From: Nitrospirales bacterium
GTDB lineage: Bacteria; Nitrospirota; Nitrospiria; Nitrospirales; UBA8639
Assembly (NCBI GenBank): GCA_963555755.3
Contig: OY820905.2
Location: 2,176,001 to 2,240,000, forward strand
Reading direction: 5' to 3'
DNA: 64,000 nucleotides
Under the pieces are notes generated by a model, which had not been told where the DNA came from, made no database searches, and saw only the letters and a list, made by a program, of their open reading frames with translations. This document shows positions 1 to 10,226 of the stretch, one piece after another. A program made the position numbers and the translations under genes. Within the stretch, counting starts at the first letter, position 1, and every line of letters starts with the position of its first letter.

Positions 1-3000
1 GTCACTTCACCGAACTCTTCTTCAAGAATGCCTTCCAAGAGGTAGGGCCGGTTGCCGGTGAGCAAATGGCCATACTTTTGAAAAACCTTCGGGAAGAACG
101 TGGCATCGTAGAGGCCGGTGAGATCTTCGAAGGTGGTGAATTCCATGGGCTGGCCGTTGTTCGTTTCAGCAAACTTTTCCGTTATCAACCAGCCGACCAT
201 TCTGACTTGCTTGCCGGCGTGCAAGTGCATCTCTGATGCTGAGACGAATTCATGGTCTTTAAGAACATCCTGGTATAACTCCAGGGGGTGTTTGCTGAGC
301 GGGAAGCCGAAGAGTTCGATTTCGTCTTTGATCTTTTGGTTGCTGCTATATTCTGGTGGGATGGGTAGAGCGCGTGAGACGTGATGCGTAATGCGTGATG
401 CGTTAGAAGATAAAAGTGAAGAGTGAGAAAAAAGAAAGAGATTGCCTTCCTTTGAATGATAGGATTTTTCTCTGGCATACAGCCGCCACAACAATCCGGG
501 TCGTGTAACTTCTCCGGCGATGGTGTCGAAGCAGCCGGCTTTGATGAGTAGGCGTGTTTGGGCAAGTTCGGCTTTGACTCTGTCGAGAAATTCCTGCAAC
601 GACACATAGGGGCTGTTGGTGTTTCGCTCTTCGATAATCGCTTCGATGAATTCTTTTTTCAGTCCTTTGATTTGCATGAACCCGACTCTGATCGCATGAC
701 CATTGCCGGCATAGGCCCACTCGCTGGCGTTGATGTCCGGTAGCAGCACCGTGAGGCCCATGCGTTTTGATTCGGACAGATAGGCACTGGTCGAGTAAAA
801 CCCGCCTTGGTTGCTGATGACCGACGCCATAAACTCAGCGGGATAATGCGCACGCAAGTAGGCCGACTTGAACGACACTTGGGCATAGGACGCCGAATGG
901 GGTTTGCAAAAGCTGTAGCCGACAAAGCTCATGATCATGCCCCATATGGCATCGATTATCGACCTCGATACGTTCTTGGCGGTGGTGCCCCGATAGAATT
1001 GGGCTTTGTAATCCTGGAGCTGTTTCTGCTTGTGTTTTTTGCTCAGGACTTTTCGCAACTGATCCGCGTCTTCGATGGAAAAGTCGGCCAGGGCCATGGC
1101 CACTTTGGTGACGTCCTCCTGGTACACCATGATGCCATGCGTTTCATCTAACACCTCCTCGAGCAACGGATGCGGGCTGGTGTAGGGTTTGCCATGGGCG
1201 CGCTGCACAAATTCTCGCACGTACCGGTTGGCTGCCGGCCTGATGAGCGATGACACAATCACGAGGTATTCGAAAACGTCGGCGCAGGCTTTGCGTTCCG
1301 GCGGCATGCCTTTCCAGAGTCGTCTGAGTAAAAGTCGCGTGGCGGGGGATTCGACGTAGAAGCAGCCCATGGTGTCGCCGCGACAGATGAGCTCTTTGGT
1401 TGGGTCGTCGTTGATCGCATCCCAGGTGGCATAGTCGATGACATGGCCGGTGTTCTGGGCGATGGCGCGCAACGCATCTCGGATGACAGCCAGGGAGCGG
1501 TTGCCCAGGATGTCGAGCTTGACGAACCCCGCATCTTCGGTTTGGTCTTTTTCCCACTGGATGACGGGTATGCCTTTAGCCGAGATTTGGACGGGCACGT
1601 ACTTTCTGATTTCGTCGGGCACAATGACGATGCCTCCGCAATGCAACCCCAGGTTTCTGACACGCCCTTCGAGCTGCACGGCCACAGTGAAAATTTCTGG
1701 CCACGGCTTGGCCAGATGCAACGCATGGCACCAGGCGTTGATGGACCCGCTGTCGCTCAGGTGATTGAACACAGGTTGTCTCTCAAGATTGGGCATGAGC
1801 GCATTCATTTCTCCCGTGGGGATACCATACACTTTGGCCACTTCGCGTATCGCGGCCCTGAGGCCCAGCGTGTTTTGATTGGCAACCATCGCGACGCGTG
1901 TGGCACCGTACTTGGCGAACACATAATCCAGAATGCCATCGCGCTCATCCCACGCAAAGTCCACGTCGATGTCTGGCGGATCGTGCCGGCCTACATTTAA
2001 AAACCGTTCAAAAAACAAATTGTGGCGAATGGGATCCACATGCGTGATGCCGAGGCAGTACGACACGATCGACGCGGCAGCTGATCCCCTGCCGCATGTA
2101 CGCGGGGCTTGTTGTACAATTTCATCTACCACTAAGAAGCAATGCGCAAAGCTTTTGGCTTGAATGACCTGTAATTCGGCTTCGATGCGGTCTTTGACTG
2201 GTTTGGTGATTGTGCCGTAGCGCCAGGTTGCGCCATCGTACGTTTTGTCCCTGAGTAGCGTAAATGCCTGCGTATCTGAAAGTTGGCGAAAGGCTGGGAA
2301 GATGGTGTCCTTGAAATCCCAGTCGGTCTGGCACATCTCGGCAATGCGTTGCGTATTGTCGAGCGCTTCCGGGACATGGGGAAACTGCTCTGCCATGAAT
2401 GACGCCGGCGCGAACCAATTCGTTTCCGCACAGCAGTGTTCCACGGTCAACTTGGACAGCGTGGTATTCAACGCGATGGCTCTGAGCACCTTGTGCAGCG
2501 CATGTTGTGTGGGGCTGACAAACCGCACACGATTGGTCGCGACCACAGGCAACTTGAAGTCTCGACTGAATTGCAGAGACTGGTGCATCATGGCGCTGGG
2601 CGTCAGTTCTACATAGAGGTCGTGCAGCTTGCGTTTCTTCCACGACTTGAGCGCGAGTGCATCATCGGAAATGACAATCAGCCCGAAGCTATACTCAGCG
2701 ACGGCGTTGATGACATCACACGACTCTCCACTGTGCAGCAGTGACAGGAGTCGGCACAGGTTGGCATAGCCATCGGGATTTTTGATCAACAGGACGGCCC
2801 GTCTCACCCCCTGTCTGAGTTCTGCGCCTAGAATCGGCTTGATGTCATACTGTTTGGCTACTTCGATAAAGCGTATTGCGCCGTAGAGGCCATTGGTATC
2901 GGTCAGCGCCAATGTGTCCATCCCCTGCTGCTTGGCCGCGTGGCACAGTTGTTCAAGGGACGAGACGCCTTCCATCATGGAATACTCTGAATGTACGTGC

Positions 3001-3017
3001 AGATGAGTGAATGACAT
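1..3017 (-). CDS. dnaE2: Error-prone DNA polymerase III alpha subunit (DnaE2/ImuC type); 3' end runs off the window
   Basis: Hand translation from ATG 3017: PHP motif HLHVHSEYS, GRGSAAASIVSYCLGIT, catalytic PDIDVDF, OB-fold near position 1. Frame spot-checked at 2099, 599 and 59. Missing from the ORF track because there is no stop in the window. Lies downstream of imuB. Confidence 0.9.
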   Translation of the reverse strand, partial: MSFTHLHVHSEYSMMEGVSSLEQLCHAAKQQGMDTLALTDTNGLYGAIRFIEVAKQYDIKPILGAELRQGVRRAVLLIKNPDGYANLCRLLSLLHSGESCDVINAVAEYSFGLIVISDDALALKSWKKRKLHDLYVELTPSAMMHQSLQFSRDFKLPVVATNRVRFVSPTQHALHKVLRAIALNTTLSKLTVEHCCAETNWFAPASFMAEQFPHVPEALDNTQRIAEMCQTDWDFKDTIFPAFRQLSDTQAFTLLRDKTYDGATWRYGTITKPVKDRIEAELQVIQAKSFAHCFLVVDEIVQQAPRTCGRGSAAASIVSYCLGITHVDPIRHNLFFERFLNVGRHDPPDIDVDFAWDERDGILDYVFAKYGATRVAMVANQNTLGLRAAIREVAKVYGIPTGEMNALMPNLERQPVFNHLSDSGSINAWCHALHLAKPWPEIFTVAVQLEGRVRNLGLHCGGIVIVPDEIRKYVPVQISAKGIPVIQWEKDQTEDAGFVKLDILGNRSLAVIRDALRAIAQNTGHVIDYATWDAINDDPTKELICRGDTMGCFYVESPATRLLLRRLWKGMPPERKACADVFEYLVIVSSLIRPAANRYVREFVQRAHGKPYTSPHPLLEEVLDETHGIMVYQEDVTKVAMALADFSIEDADQLRKVLSKKHKQKQLQDYKAQFYRGTTAKNVSRSIIDAIWGMIMSFVGYSFCKPHSASYAQVSFKSAYLRAHYPAEFMASVISNQGGFYSTSAYLSESKRMGLTVLLPDINASEWAYAGNGHAIRVGFMQIKGLKKEFIEAIIEERNTNSPYVSLQEFLDRVKAELAQTRLLIKAGCFDTIAGEVTRPGLLWRLYAREKSYHSKEGNLFLFSHSSLLSSNASRITHHVSRALPIPPEYSSNQKIKDEIELFGFPLSKHPLELYQDVLKDHEFVSASEMHLHAGKQVRMVGWLITEKFAETNNGQPMEFTTFEDLTGLYDATFFPKVFQKYGHLLTGNRPYLLEGILEEEFGEV

Positions 3018-3048
3018 GCTCGCTTAACCTAGGTTTAACAGTTGAACT

Positions 3049-3378
3049 CGTTGATGGCACAGTATCGCTCCCCCTCACCCTAGCCCTCTCCCCCTCCGAG
3101 GGGGCGAGGGAATAAGATGTGGCTTCCCTATTGTCCTTTCACAACTCCACCGCCATGTTGATTAAGATAAAGATTTCTAACTTGGAGTATTCAGAATGTC
3201 AGTGAAGGTGTGTGTGCCCACCCAACCTAGATTTAGCAATTGCCCGCGTCGATGGCACAGTATCGCTCCCCCTCACCCTAACCCTCTCCCCCTCCGAGGG
3301 GGCGAGGGGATAAGATGTACCTTCCCTCTTGTCCTTCAACAACGCCAGCGTCGCGTTGATATGACGAAGATTTCTAAC
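3049..3378. repeat. Two ~130-bp direct copies of a CCCCTCACCC...GAGGG REP-like hairpin unit
   Basis: gatggcacagtatcgctccccctcacccta(g/a)ccctctccccctccgagggggcgaggg...agatttctaac at ~3049-3181 and ~3247-3378. Confidence 0.85.
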
Positions 3379-4573
3379 TGCTAAATCTGAACTGAATAGA
3401 TTGATGACCGAATTTGGCGCGAATGGTGTCGATGGCGACTGATAGTCTTTTGGAACGAGCAAGGCGGTTTGCTGATGAATGCTTCGACGGCATGAATGCG
3501 GCACAGGCCTCAACGAGGCTGAGTTGTTGGATTGCCGGCTGCAATTCGGCCAGCGTGACCGTAAACGCGCGGACTCTGACTCGGCGCTTGAAACAGCGTT
3601 TCAAGAGTCTGTGCAGCGTGACTGCTAACTCCCCTTCCCAGTAACTGCCTGGCAGCACTCGCTCGTTGCCTGTCACCTCTCGTTCATCACGATACTGTAA
3701 TCGAAGGGTAAGAAGCTGACAGACTTTCTGTTGTTTTCGTAATTCACAACACAGCGACTCTAATGTTTCACCCAGTAATCCGCTTAACCGCTCCACATCG
3801 ATTTCGTCTTCTTCCAGCTTCCGCGTGGCTTCCACACAGGGCTGCTTCGTCGGCGGCAGCACCGGTGTGTCATCAATACCTCTAGCCCAGGCACACACTT
3901 GCACGGCTAACGAGCCTAACACCGCTTCCAAATCAGCCAATTCAAACATCGAGAGTTGTCCAAGGGTATTGATGTTTAAATCTGCAAAGAGCGAATAGAT
4001 GAATGTGCTCTGCGTGGTTCTCAGCGGCAGTGTGCTGATGGGCAGTGGCGATAAAAACATTTGTTCGGCACCGGGCCGCACATCATAGAGTTGTAATGGC
4101 GCCACCACGGTCGAGGCCACTTCCGACACCAATTTATTGCTGGCTACTCCTGCCACGCCGATAAGATTGAATCGCTCTGCGATTTCTTCTTCGATCTTCG
4201 TGGCAGTGTCACAGGCTCTGCCGAACAAGCGCGTGGTCCCGGTGAGGTCTAAAAACACATGGCCCGGGTTGGCTAATTCCCACACGGGCGCAAAGCGACT
4301 GACGACCTGGTCAATCGTATCCGTGGCTTTTCGAATTGTTGGAGGATCTGGTGGCAGAAGTTTGAGCGCGGGACACACCCGTTTGGCGTGCCCAACCTGC
4401 ATGCCCGCATACGCACCTTCTTGCTGCGCTTCGTGCGAGGTTTCGAGCAAAACCGTCTGTGGATTTACCGACGGTGTGATTGCAATGGGTGTGTCGCGCA
4501 GAGAGGAATCTTCCAATCGTGCCAACGCCACTTGAAAAGCGGGAATGCGATAGCAAACAACGTGGCGTTGCAT
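3374..4573 (-). CDS. imuB: ImuB-like catalytically inactive Y-family polymerase
   Basis: DinB-like fold, but catalytic motifs are degenerate (HVVCYRIPAF instead of HVDMDAF; NPGHVFLD instead of SxDEAFLD). Clamp motif QQLSL. Sits between lexA-like and dnaE2. Confidence 0.85.
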   Translation of the reverse strand: MQRHVVCYRIPAFQVALARLEDSSLRDTPIAITPSVNPQTVLLETSHEAQQEGAYAGMQVGHAKRVCPALKLLPPDPPTIRKATDTIDQVVSRFAPVWELANPGHVFLDLTGTTRLFGRACDTATKIEEEIAERFNLIGVAGVASNKLVSEVASTVVAPLQLYDVRPGAEQMFLSPLPISTLPLRTTQSTFIYSLFADLNINTLGQLSMFELADLEAVLGSLAVQVCAWARGIDDTPVLPPTKQPCVEATRKLEEDEIDVERLSGLLGETLESLCCELRKQQKVCQLLTLRLQYRDEREVTGNERVLPGSYWEGELAVTLHRLLKRCFKRRVRVRAFTVTLAELQPAIQQLSLVEACAAFMPSKHSSANRLARSKRLSVAIDTIRAKFGHQSIQFRFSS

Positions 4574-4695
4574 AAACAGATCCTCTTCAACGTTAGAACA
4601 AGTTGTGTCAACATGTCTACCTCAGAAAAGTTTGATTTTTTTGTAATCACTACCGCCAAACATTCTACACATTCTTCAGTCCCCCTCCTTTGTAA

Positions 4696-4874
4696 GGACC
4701 TGAGAGAAAATAACTTGGGCAATATCGCGCCAAGATTTGGGTCGGATTTGGACGGAACGATTGAGAAAAATCCGAGGCATAGCACAGCTATGGTGAGGGT
4801 TTTTCGATTGAGGCCCGTTCAAAGATGGCCCGAAGATTGGATGCGAGATGTCCAAGTTATTTTCTCTCAGGTCC
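4696..4874. mobile_element. MITE-like repeat family A (179 bp), copy 1
   Basis: TIR ggacctgagagaaaataacttgg/ccaagttattttctctcaggtcc, flanked by TAA; inserted in a REP-like hairpin; other copies at 10227 and 39384. Confidence 0.85.
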
Positions 4875-5038
4875 TAAGGAGAGGCGGAGGGAAGGTAGAG
4901 CTTCAGGAACATCAAGACCGTTGACGCGAGGTGGTGAATACCGTTCGTATCGTCGATTATTGAAGGCCTCTACCCCACCTCACCTCCCCTCCCCTCCCCT
5001 TACAAAGGGGAGGAATTAAGACACCAAACCACCACACC

Positions 5039-5587
5039 TTACACTTTCTTACAGTACCGAATGACGCCGACGACGATGCCTTGAATGGTCAACTCATCAT
5101 CTGGGGTTACCACAATGGGCTGCATGGTCGCATTTTCCGGTCGCAATTCAATGCGCCCATCTTTTTGATAAAACGTTTTGATAGTTGCCTCACCATTGAG
5201 GAGGGCAACCACGGTTTGGCCATTTCGCGCGGTTTCTTGTCGGTGCACGATAATGACGTCGCCGGACAGAATGCCTTCATCGCGCATGGAGTCCCCCTTC
5301 ACGCGCAACGCAAAGTTGTCTCCTTGGCCAATCATATCCGCCGGCACGTCCACCACTTCCGATTGCAACACCGGTTCGATGGGAGTACCAGCCGCAACCA
5401 CTCCCGCCATCAAAACATGGGCCGGTTCCGCCAACTTGGCTAACGCCACCTCTAACATTGAAGGAATACGGCGTTGCCTGCACTCGTATCGAGCAATACT
5501 TGTCCGTGTGGTGCCCAGCGCCGTCGCAAGCTCTTCCTGCGTCATCCCCAGCGCTTTTCTCGTGGTGACCAAATTTTCAGGCTTCAT
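5039..5587 (-). CDS. lexA: LexA-like S24 autopeptidase repressor with N-terminal XRE (HTH_3) DNA-binding domain
   Basis: RKALGMTQEELATALGTTRTSIARYE HTH; cleavage site VAAG; catalytic GDSM and ATIK. Probable start ATG 5587 after GGGGAA RBS (ORF track extends to 5632). Confidence 0.85.
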   Translation of the reverse strand: MKPENLVTTRKALGMTQEELATALGTTRTSIARYECRQRRIPSMLEVALAKLAEPAHVLMAGVVAAGTPIEPVLQSEVVDVPADMIGQGDNFALRVKGDSMRDEGILSGDVIIVHRQETARNGQTVVALLNGEATIKTFYQKDGRIELRPENATMQPIVVTPDDELTIQGIVVGVIRYCKKV

Positions 5588-5604
5588 CAGGCCATTCCCC
5601 TTAA

Positions 5605-5621
5605 TGTAACCAATGGTTACA
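5605..5621. promoter_or_regulatory. Candidate autoregulatory operator TGTAACCA-A-TGGTTACA
   Basis: Perfect 8-1-8 palindrome 18-34 bp upstream of the probable lexA-like start. Confidence 0.65.
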
Positions 5622-5654
5622 AAATATGACAAGCAAAGTCAACCGAAACTTTAA

Positions 5655-5818
5655 ACCTAGAAACGGCAGTTGGGCGCAAAAAAGACGTGTAAGATATTGG
5701 TGTGCATGGTGAAATACAAAAAGTCGTGTCACCTCTCTGGTGATGAGACCTTTTTGTATTTTGCCAGGTGCGCCAAGGGCTTGCGCGGACTTTTGTGATC
5801 CAACTGCCGTTTCTAGGT
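5655..5818. mobile_element. MITE-like repeat family C, copy 1
   Basis: TIR acctagaaacggcagttgg/ccaactgccgtttctaggt, TAA flanks; second copy 23430-23594. Confidence 0.85.
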
Positions 5819-5917
5819 TAAATCATAGAAAATTCAATGAGTTAGAACAATCCGCTTGCTATCCACAAAGGCCGACTTTGAATCTCCGGCTACCCATCGG
5901 TATGGTGAGGGCCACCT

Positions 5918-7870
5918 ATGGCTTGCTTGCCGGCAACAATCTTTCGGCTCATCTGTACGGGAACGATCGGGGTTCTCTCCCTGTCCACTGTTCTTGCGGC
6001 AGAACACGATCCCGTCGAACAGCTTGACCCAATCGTCATCACCGCCACGGCAAGCCCGACCACGCTCTCTCAAGCACCGGCAGCGGTCACGATCATCAGC
6101 CGTGAACAGATCGCCCAGCAACACGCCAACCGACTCAGCACCGTCTTGCAACAAATCCCCGGAGTCTTTGTGGATGAAATGGGAGGGCGGGGGGGACTGA
6201 GTTCGGTCTATCTGAGAGGGGGCGATCCGAATTTCACCATGATCATGATTGATGGTATCCCTATCAACGATCCGAGCAATCAACGCGGCGGATCGGTGAA
6301 TCTCGCCACACTCACTCCAGAGCGCATTGAACGCATTGAAATCGTTCGAGGCCCGGTATCGGTCGTCTACGGGTCCGATGCCATGGCTGGAGCCATCAAT
6401 ATCATCACCCGGAAAGGCCAGACGAATCCTCACTATCAGGCAACCGTGGAGGGAGGCCAATTTGGATACGGACGAGGTGTGATCCAAGCCCGAGGGGCTA
6501 TCGATGATGTTTTGTATAGCGGCTCGTTTGCGTTCACCCGAAACGACGCGCAAGTGGAGGGCGATCAATTTCAAGGTATCACAACGGGAGGGAGCCTCGG
6601 TTGGTCTCAGGACCCGTCATTGAACGTCCAGGTCACCGGCCAATATTCCCAATCCGAGATTCGAGCGTTTCCCGAAGGCAGTGGCGGGTCCCGGCTATCC
6701 GTTTTGAGAACGACCGAACGACGCTCGGCGGATGAATTCCTTGTGGGTATCCTGCTCAACCACCAACTCGACCAAACCTGGAAGCAACAACTCTCGGCCA
6801 ATGTTTTTTATCGCCGAGAGGATGTCAATAATCCCGGTGTCATGAATTCGAGCATGACGTTTATCAATCCACCGACGATATTCACCACCGATTTTTCTCG
6901 ATACCGATTCCTTTGGACCTTGCACAAAACCCTCGCCACAGAATGGAAACTTTCAGGCGGCATCCAACTCATTCATGAAGACGGCAGCCGAGCCGGCACC
7001 CAACAACTCACGGCACTTGGCTTTCCTGCCGATCAACGCAACGATTTTGAGAAAACACGAACGACCCTGGCGGGATTCTTCGAGACCGTCTGGAGTCCCT
7101 TCTCGCACACCACTGTGACGTCGAGCCTTCGCCTTGATGACCCTCAAGGCTTTTCCCCTGAAGTCACTCCTCGGGTGGCCATCACCATTCAAGTGCTGCC
7201 GGAGACCTCGATTCGGGGAAGTTACAGCGAAGGGTTTAAACTCCCCAGCTTCAATGCACTCAGTGATCCGCTGATAGGGAACCCGTCATTGGTACCAGAG
7301 ACCAGCCGAGGAGGGGACCTGAATGTGCACCAGGAGTTGTTCCATAAAAAGATCGAACTCGATCTGACATATTTTTACAATCGCTTTTCGAATGTCATCG
7401 ATCTTGACCCCGCCCTCGCCAGGCAATTTATCTTTACCCTCGTGAACCTGAGTACGGTGGTCACCAATGGCGTCGAACTTGGCATCACCACAACTCCGTA
7501 CCCCTGGCTCCAGGCGAAAGGATTTTTCACCTATCTGAACACCGAAATTCTTGGATCGGATGATTCCCTTCGGAATAGACCAAACACATCTGGCGGATTG
7601 ATTGTCAGCATTCAGCCCATGCCCCGGTTACACATTCGAAGTCAGGTGCGAGCCGTTGGGAAACGGTTCGACCTTCAAATTCCCACATCCCAGACCGTTG
7701 TCCCAAGCTTCTATCGTGTAGACCTTGCAGCGACTCTGCGCGTGGATGACTCGTGGAAAGTTTTTGCGGCAGGCGAAAACCTCACGAATGTGAGCTACGA
7801 AGAATTTCTTGGATTCGAAGCGCCCGGCGTGTGGTTTCGATTTGGGTTGGAGTGTCAGCTTGGCGAATAA
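5918..7870 (+). CDS. TonB-dependent outer-membrane receptor (BtuB-like)
   Basis: Signal peptide, TonB box DPIVITAT, plug motifs YLRGG and IERIEIVRGPVSVVYGSDAMAGAINIIT, barrel C-terminus ENLTNVSY. Confidence 0.92.
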   Translation: MACLPATIFRLICTGTIGVLSLSTVLAAEHDPVEQLDPIVITATASPTTLSQAPAAVTIISREQIAQQHANRLSTVLQQIPGVFVDEMGGRGGLSSVYLRGGDPNFTMIMIDGIPINDPSNQRGGSVNLATLTPERIERIEIVRGPVSVVYGSDAMAGAINIITRKGQTNPHYQATVEGGQFGYGRGVIQARGAIDDVLYSGSFAFTRNDAQVEGDQFQGITTGGSLGWSQDPSLNVQVTGQYSQSEIRAFPEGSGGSRLSVLRTTERRSADEFLVGILLNHQLDQTWKQQLSANVFYRREDVNNPGVMNSSMTFINPPTIFTTDFSRYRFLWTLHKTLATEWKLSGGIQLIHEDGSRAGTQQLTALGFPADQRNDFEKTRTTLAGFFETVWSPFSHTTVTSSLRLDDPQGFSPEVTPRVAITIQVLPETSIRGSYSEGFKLPSFNALSDPLIGNPSLVPETSRGGDLNVHQELFHKKIELDLTYFYNRFSNVIDLDPALARQFIFTLVNLSTVVTNGVELGITTTPYPWLQAKGFFTYLNTEILGSDDSLRNRPNTSGGLIVSIQPMPRLHIRSQVRAVGKRFDLQIPTSQTVVPSFYRVDLAATLRVDDSWKVFAAGENLTNVSYEEFLGFEAPGVWFRFGLECQLGE

Positions 7871-7894
7871 CTCTAGGGCACCTCTATTAGATTC

Positions 7895-7990
7895 GTGATG
7901 AGTGAAGCGTCATGCGTGCAAGAAATGTCCCTGGACCTTCCTCTTACTCTTCACCCATTACACTTCACGCATCACGGGTTACGCATCACG
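7895..7990. repeat. Inverted arrays of degenerate heptamer repeats (cgcatca-type)
   Basis: gtgatgagtgaagcgtcatgcgtg ... cccattacacttcacgcatcacgggttacgcatcacg; similar runs at ~370-420, ~11128-11205, ~32390-32440. Confidence 0.6.
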
Positions 7991-9143
7991 CCTCTACCAA
8001 TTCCGGCAGCGGATCCCCGGCGGCACAAAGCTGATTGCGTCCACTTTGTTTCGCACGATATAACGCTTGATCCGCGCGTTCGATCCAATTGGCCGACGTA
8101 TCCCCCTTGAAATACTCAGCCAGCCCGATTGAGATGGTCACCGACAATTGTAAATCTTCATGCTCGATGAACGTCTGCCGAATTGCGGCCAAGAGTCGAT
8201 CACCGAGCACACGCGCACCCTCAAGGTTTACACCCTGCACGACGACGACAAACTCCTCTCCTCCATACCGAGCCACAAAATCCATTTTTCTGGGAAACGT
8301 GAGCACCGTCCGTTTCGCAATTTCGCAAATCACCGTATCCCCTGCGCGATGGCCATAGGTGTCATTGACCTTTTTGAAATGATCGATATCCAGCATCATC
8401 AGGCAGGCCGGAGAATTCGACAGAATATTCAACGCACTCATTTGTTCCAAATGCTGATCCAACGCCGCACGATTGTACAACTGCGTAAGACCATCTAACG
8501 TCATCTGCTGGCGCGTCTGACCCAGTTCTTCTTCCACTTCCTTGAGCTTCTCACCCAGCCTCTCAACCCGACGACGTTCCTCCTGGTTCCGATCCTCCAC
8601 CAGCTTGCTGAGATCCTCCGCCGCGGCTAAGACTTCCCGTTTCATATCCTCAGGGCTTTTGCTCACAACCGCGGTTTTGAGACGACCGATATGCGCCTGC
8701 ATATGTCCATCCGTCTCTTGATCCTGAAGAAAGGCCTGACTCACCGTACTGGTGAACGTCCACACGACATCGCGCAAGGCATGAAACCCTTTCACGACAT
8801 AATTTTTTTCATTCTGCCTATGGCGATTCACGAACTGATTCAGGCCACCCCAATTTCGGCGGCCATCAGGATAGTCTTCGCGAACATCCGGATCTTCTGA
8901 GGTCGTGGTTCCAAGAAGAACATGTCGGGCCCATCGTTCAAACTCTTTGGTAAAGGACTCGGCGTCGCCTTTATCAAGATCGAACGCATGCCGCCCCCAT
9001 GTCCGAAGGATTTTTGCCACCGCTTCGGCTGCGGCGTCTTGCCCTTTTGATGAAGAAGGCCCTTGAGATGCTCCCTTCTTTTTCGAAGACGAGCTCTCCT
9101 TGGACGGTTGGTCATTGCGACTCGACCACATGGTAAACATCAT
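7986..9143 (-). CDS. Diguanylate cyclase with coiled-coil N-terminus
   Basis: DGLTQLYNR, LDIDHFKKVNDTYGH, RKMD I-site, GGEEF. Confidence 0.95.
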   Translation of the reverse strand: MMFTMWSSRNDQPSKESSSSKKKGASQGPSSSKGQDAAAEAVAKILRTWGRHAFDLDKGDAESFTKEFERWARHVLLGTTTSEDPDVREDYPDGRRNWGGLNQFVNRHRQNEKNYVVKGFHALRDVVWTFTSTVSQAFLQDQETDGHMQAHIGRLKTAVVSKSPEDMKREVLAAAEDLSKLVEDRNQEERRRVERLGEKLKEVEEELGQTRQQMTLDGLTQLYNRAALDQHLEQMSALNILSNSPACLMMLDIDHFKKVNDTYGHRAGDTVICEIAKRTVLTFPRKMDFVARYGGEEFVVVVQGVNLEGARVLGDRLLAAIRQTFIEHEDLQLSVTISIGLAEYFKGDTSANWIERADQALYRAKQSGRNQLCAAGDPLPELVEA

Positions 9144-9305
9144 TCAACTCTCTCGGGATGGGAGAAATTGTGTGTGTGTTTTGTTCATTTTCATACGTTT
9201 TTCACTCATTACCTGATTATGTTATCGGCGACATGGCTGATTTCTTTATTGAGAGGCGAGCTGTTGAAAAAACACCAAGACGGACGGGACGGGACGGGAC
9301 AAAAC

Positions 9306-10097
9306 TCAATAGTCCCAATGTACTTCGCGAAGATTGAGCTGGCCTTCGGGTAAGGCATGGGTTCGATGATTCACTACTTTGATGTCAACGGCGTCTGACA
9401 TGAGCTGAATACTTTCGCCAACCTTCGGACTTTTTCCTTGACCCACGCACAGGTCAGCCAGAGCCAATAAGCGATCGATGGTGGGATTCCCCGGTAAACC
9501 ACGCGGGAGAAAGACCTCGAATTCCTCTAACCCAAACTTGGCCAACCCACGCGTATACAACCATTGACGACCATCGGACACATGTTCGTCCTGCTGCACA
9601 TGGACATGATCTTCAATACGGAAAGAATCCAGGCGTCGGTCACTCCAATCGGATGGATTGAAATAGCGGCTAGCCGCCACATCATACGCCGTGCCCTCAG
9701 TCAACAACGTCAAGCCCCTCGCCAGCCGTGACACAAAGAGCACGACATCCTGCTTGGAATTCCCAACCGGTGACGTGGACACGATCTGCATGATCTGGGA
9801 ATGCTCCCATCCCACCTGGCTTTTCCATCGCATGGCTTCCTCTGCTGAGCGAACATGACTCACTATCGCCTGCCAGTCCACATGCCGAGCTTCAAATGTT
9901 GCATCGGAGTCGTGTTTCGGAAAACGAATGGTGAGCGGCCCCCCATAGTGCTGGTTAAACCAGGCCGCTAAAAATCCTGCTGGCGGCGGATCGCCCCCTG
10001 AAAAGCCCACGACAACACTCGGGCGTTTTTTGGGAGTAGATTTTGTTTTGCGTTTAATTTTTTTCACAGAGACCGTCTTCATTCTCTCACACCGCAT
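9306..10097 (-). CDS. Hypothetical protein (start may be 10082)
   Basis: 263-aa ORF with protein-like composition; YTRGLAKFGLEEFEV resembles a motif seen in DUF4261-like proteins (unverified). Confidence 0.7.
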   Translation of the reverse strand: MRCERMKTVSVKKIKRKTKSTPKKRPSVVVGFSGGDPPPAGFLAAWFNQHYGGPLTIRFPKHDSDATFEARHVDWQAIVSHVRSAEEAMRWKSQVGWEHSQIMQIVSTSPVGNSKQDVVLFVSRLARGLTLLTEGTAYDVAASRYFNPSDWSDRRLDSFRIEDHVHVQQDEHVSDGRQWLYTRGLAKFGLEEFEVFLPRGLPGNPTIDRLLALADLCVGQGKSPKVGESIQLMSDAVDIKVVNHRTHALPEGQLNLREVHWDY

Positions 10098-10226
10098 CCA
10101 TTCATAGCTGCGATGAGATAGGAGATCTTACGTAATTGAAACCATTGCTGAGGTCAAGTCGTGAGATTCAAAGGAGAAAAGGAAAAAGAATGTGCCGGCT
10201 TGATCTACCCGCCGCATTCACCACTA

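Noticed and set aside
118..2744. Many short ORFs suggesting a fragmented or frameshifted dnaE2
   Set aside because: Spot checks show one continuous minus-strand frame from 3017 to the window edge
5819..5917. Cobalamin riboswitch upstream of the BtuB-like receptor
   Set aside because: Short spacer with no recognisable B12-box; the upstream structure is a family C repeat
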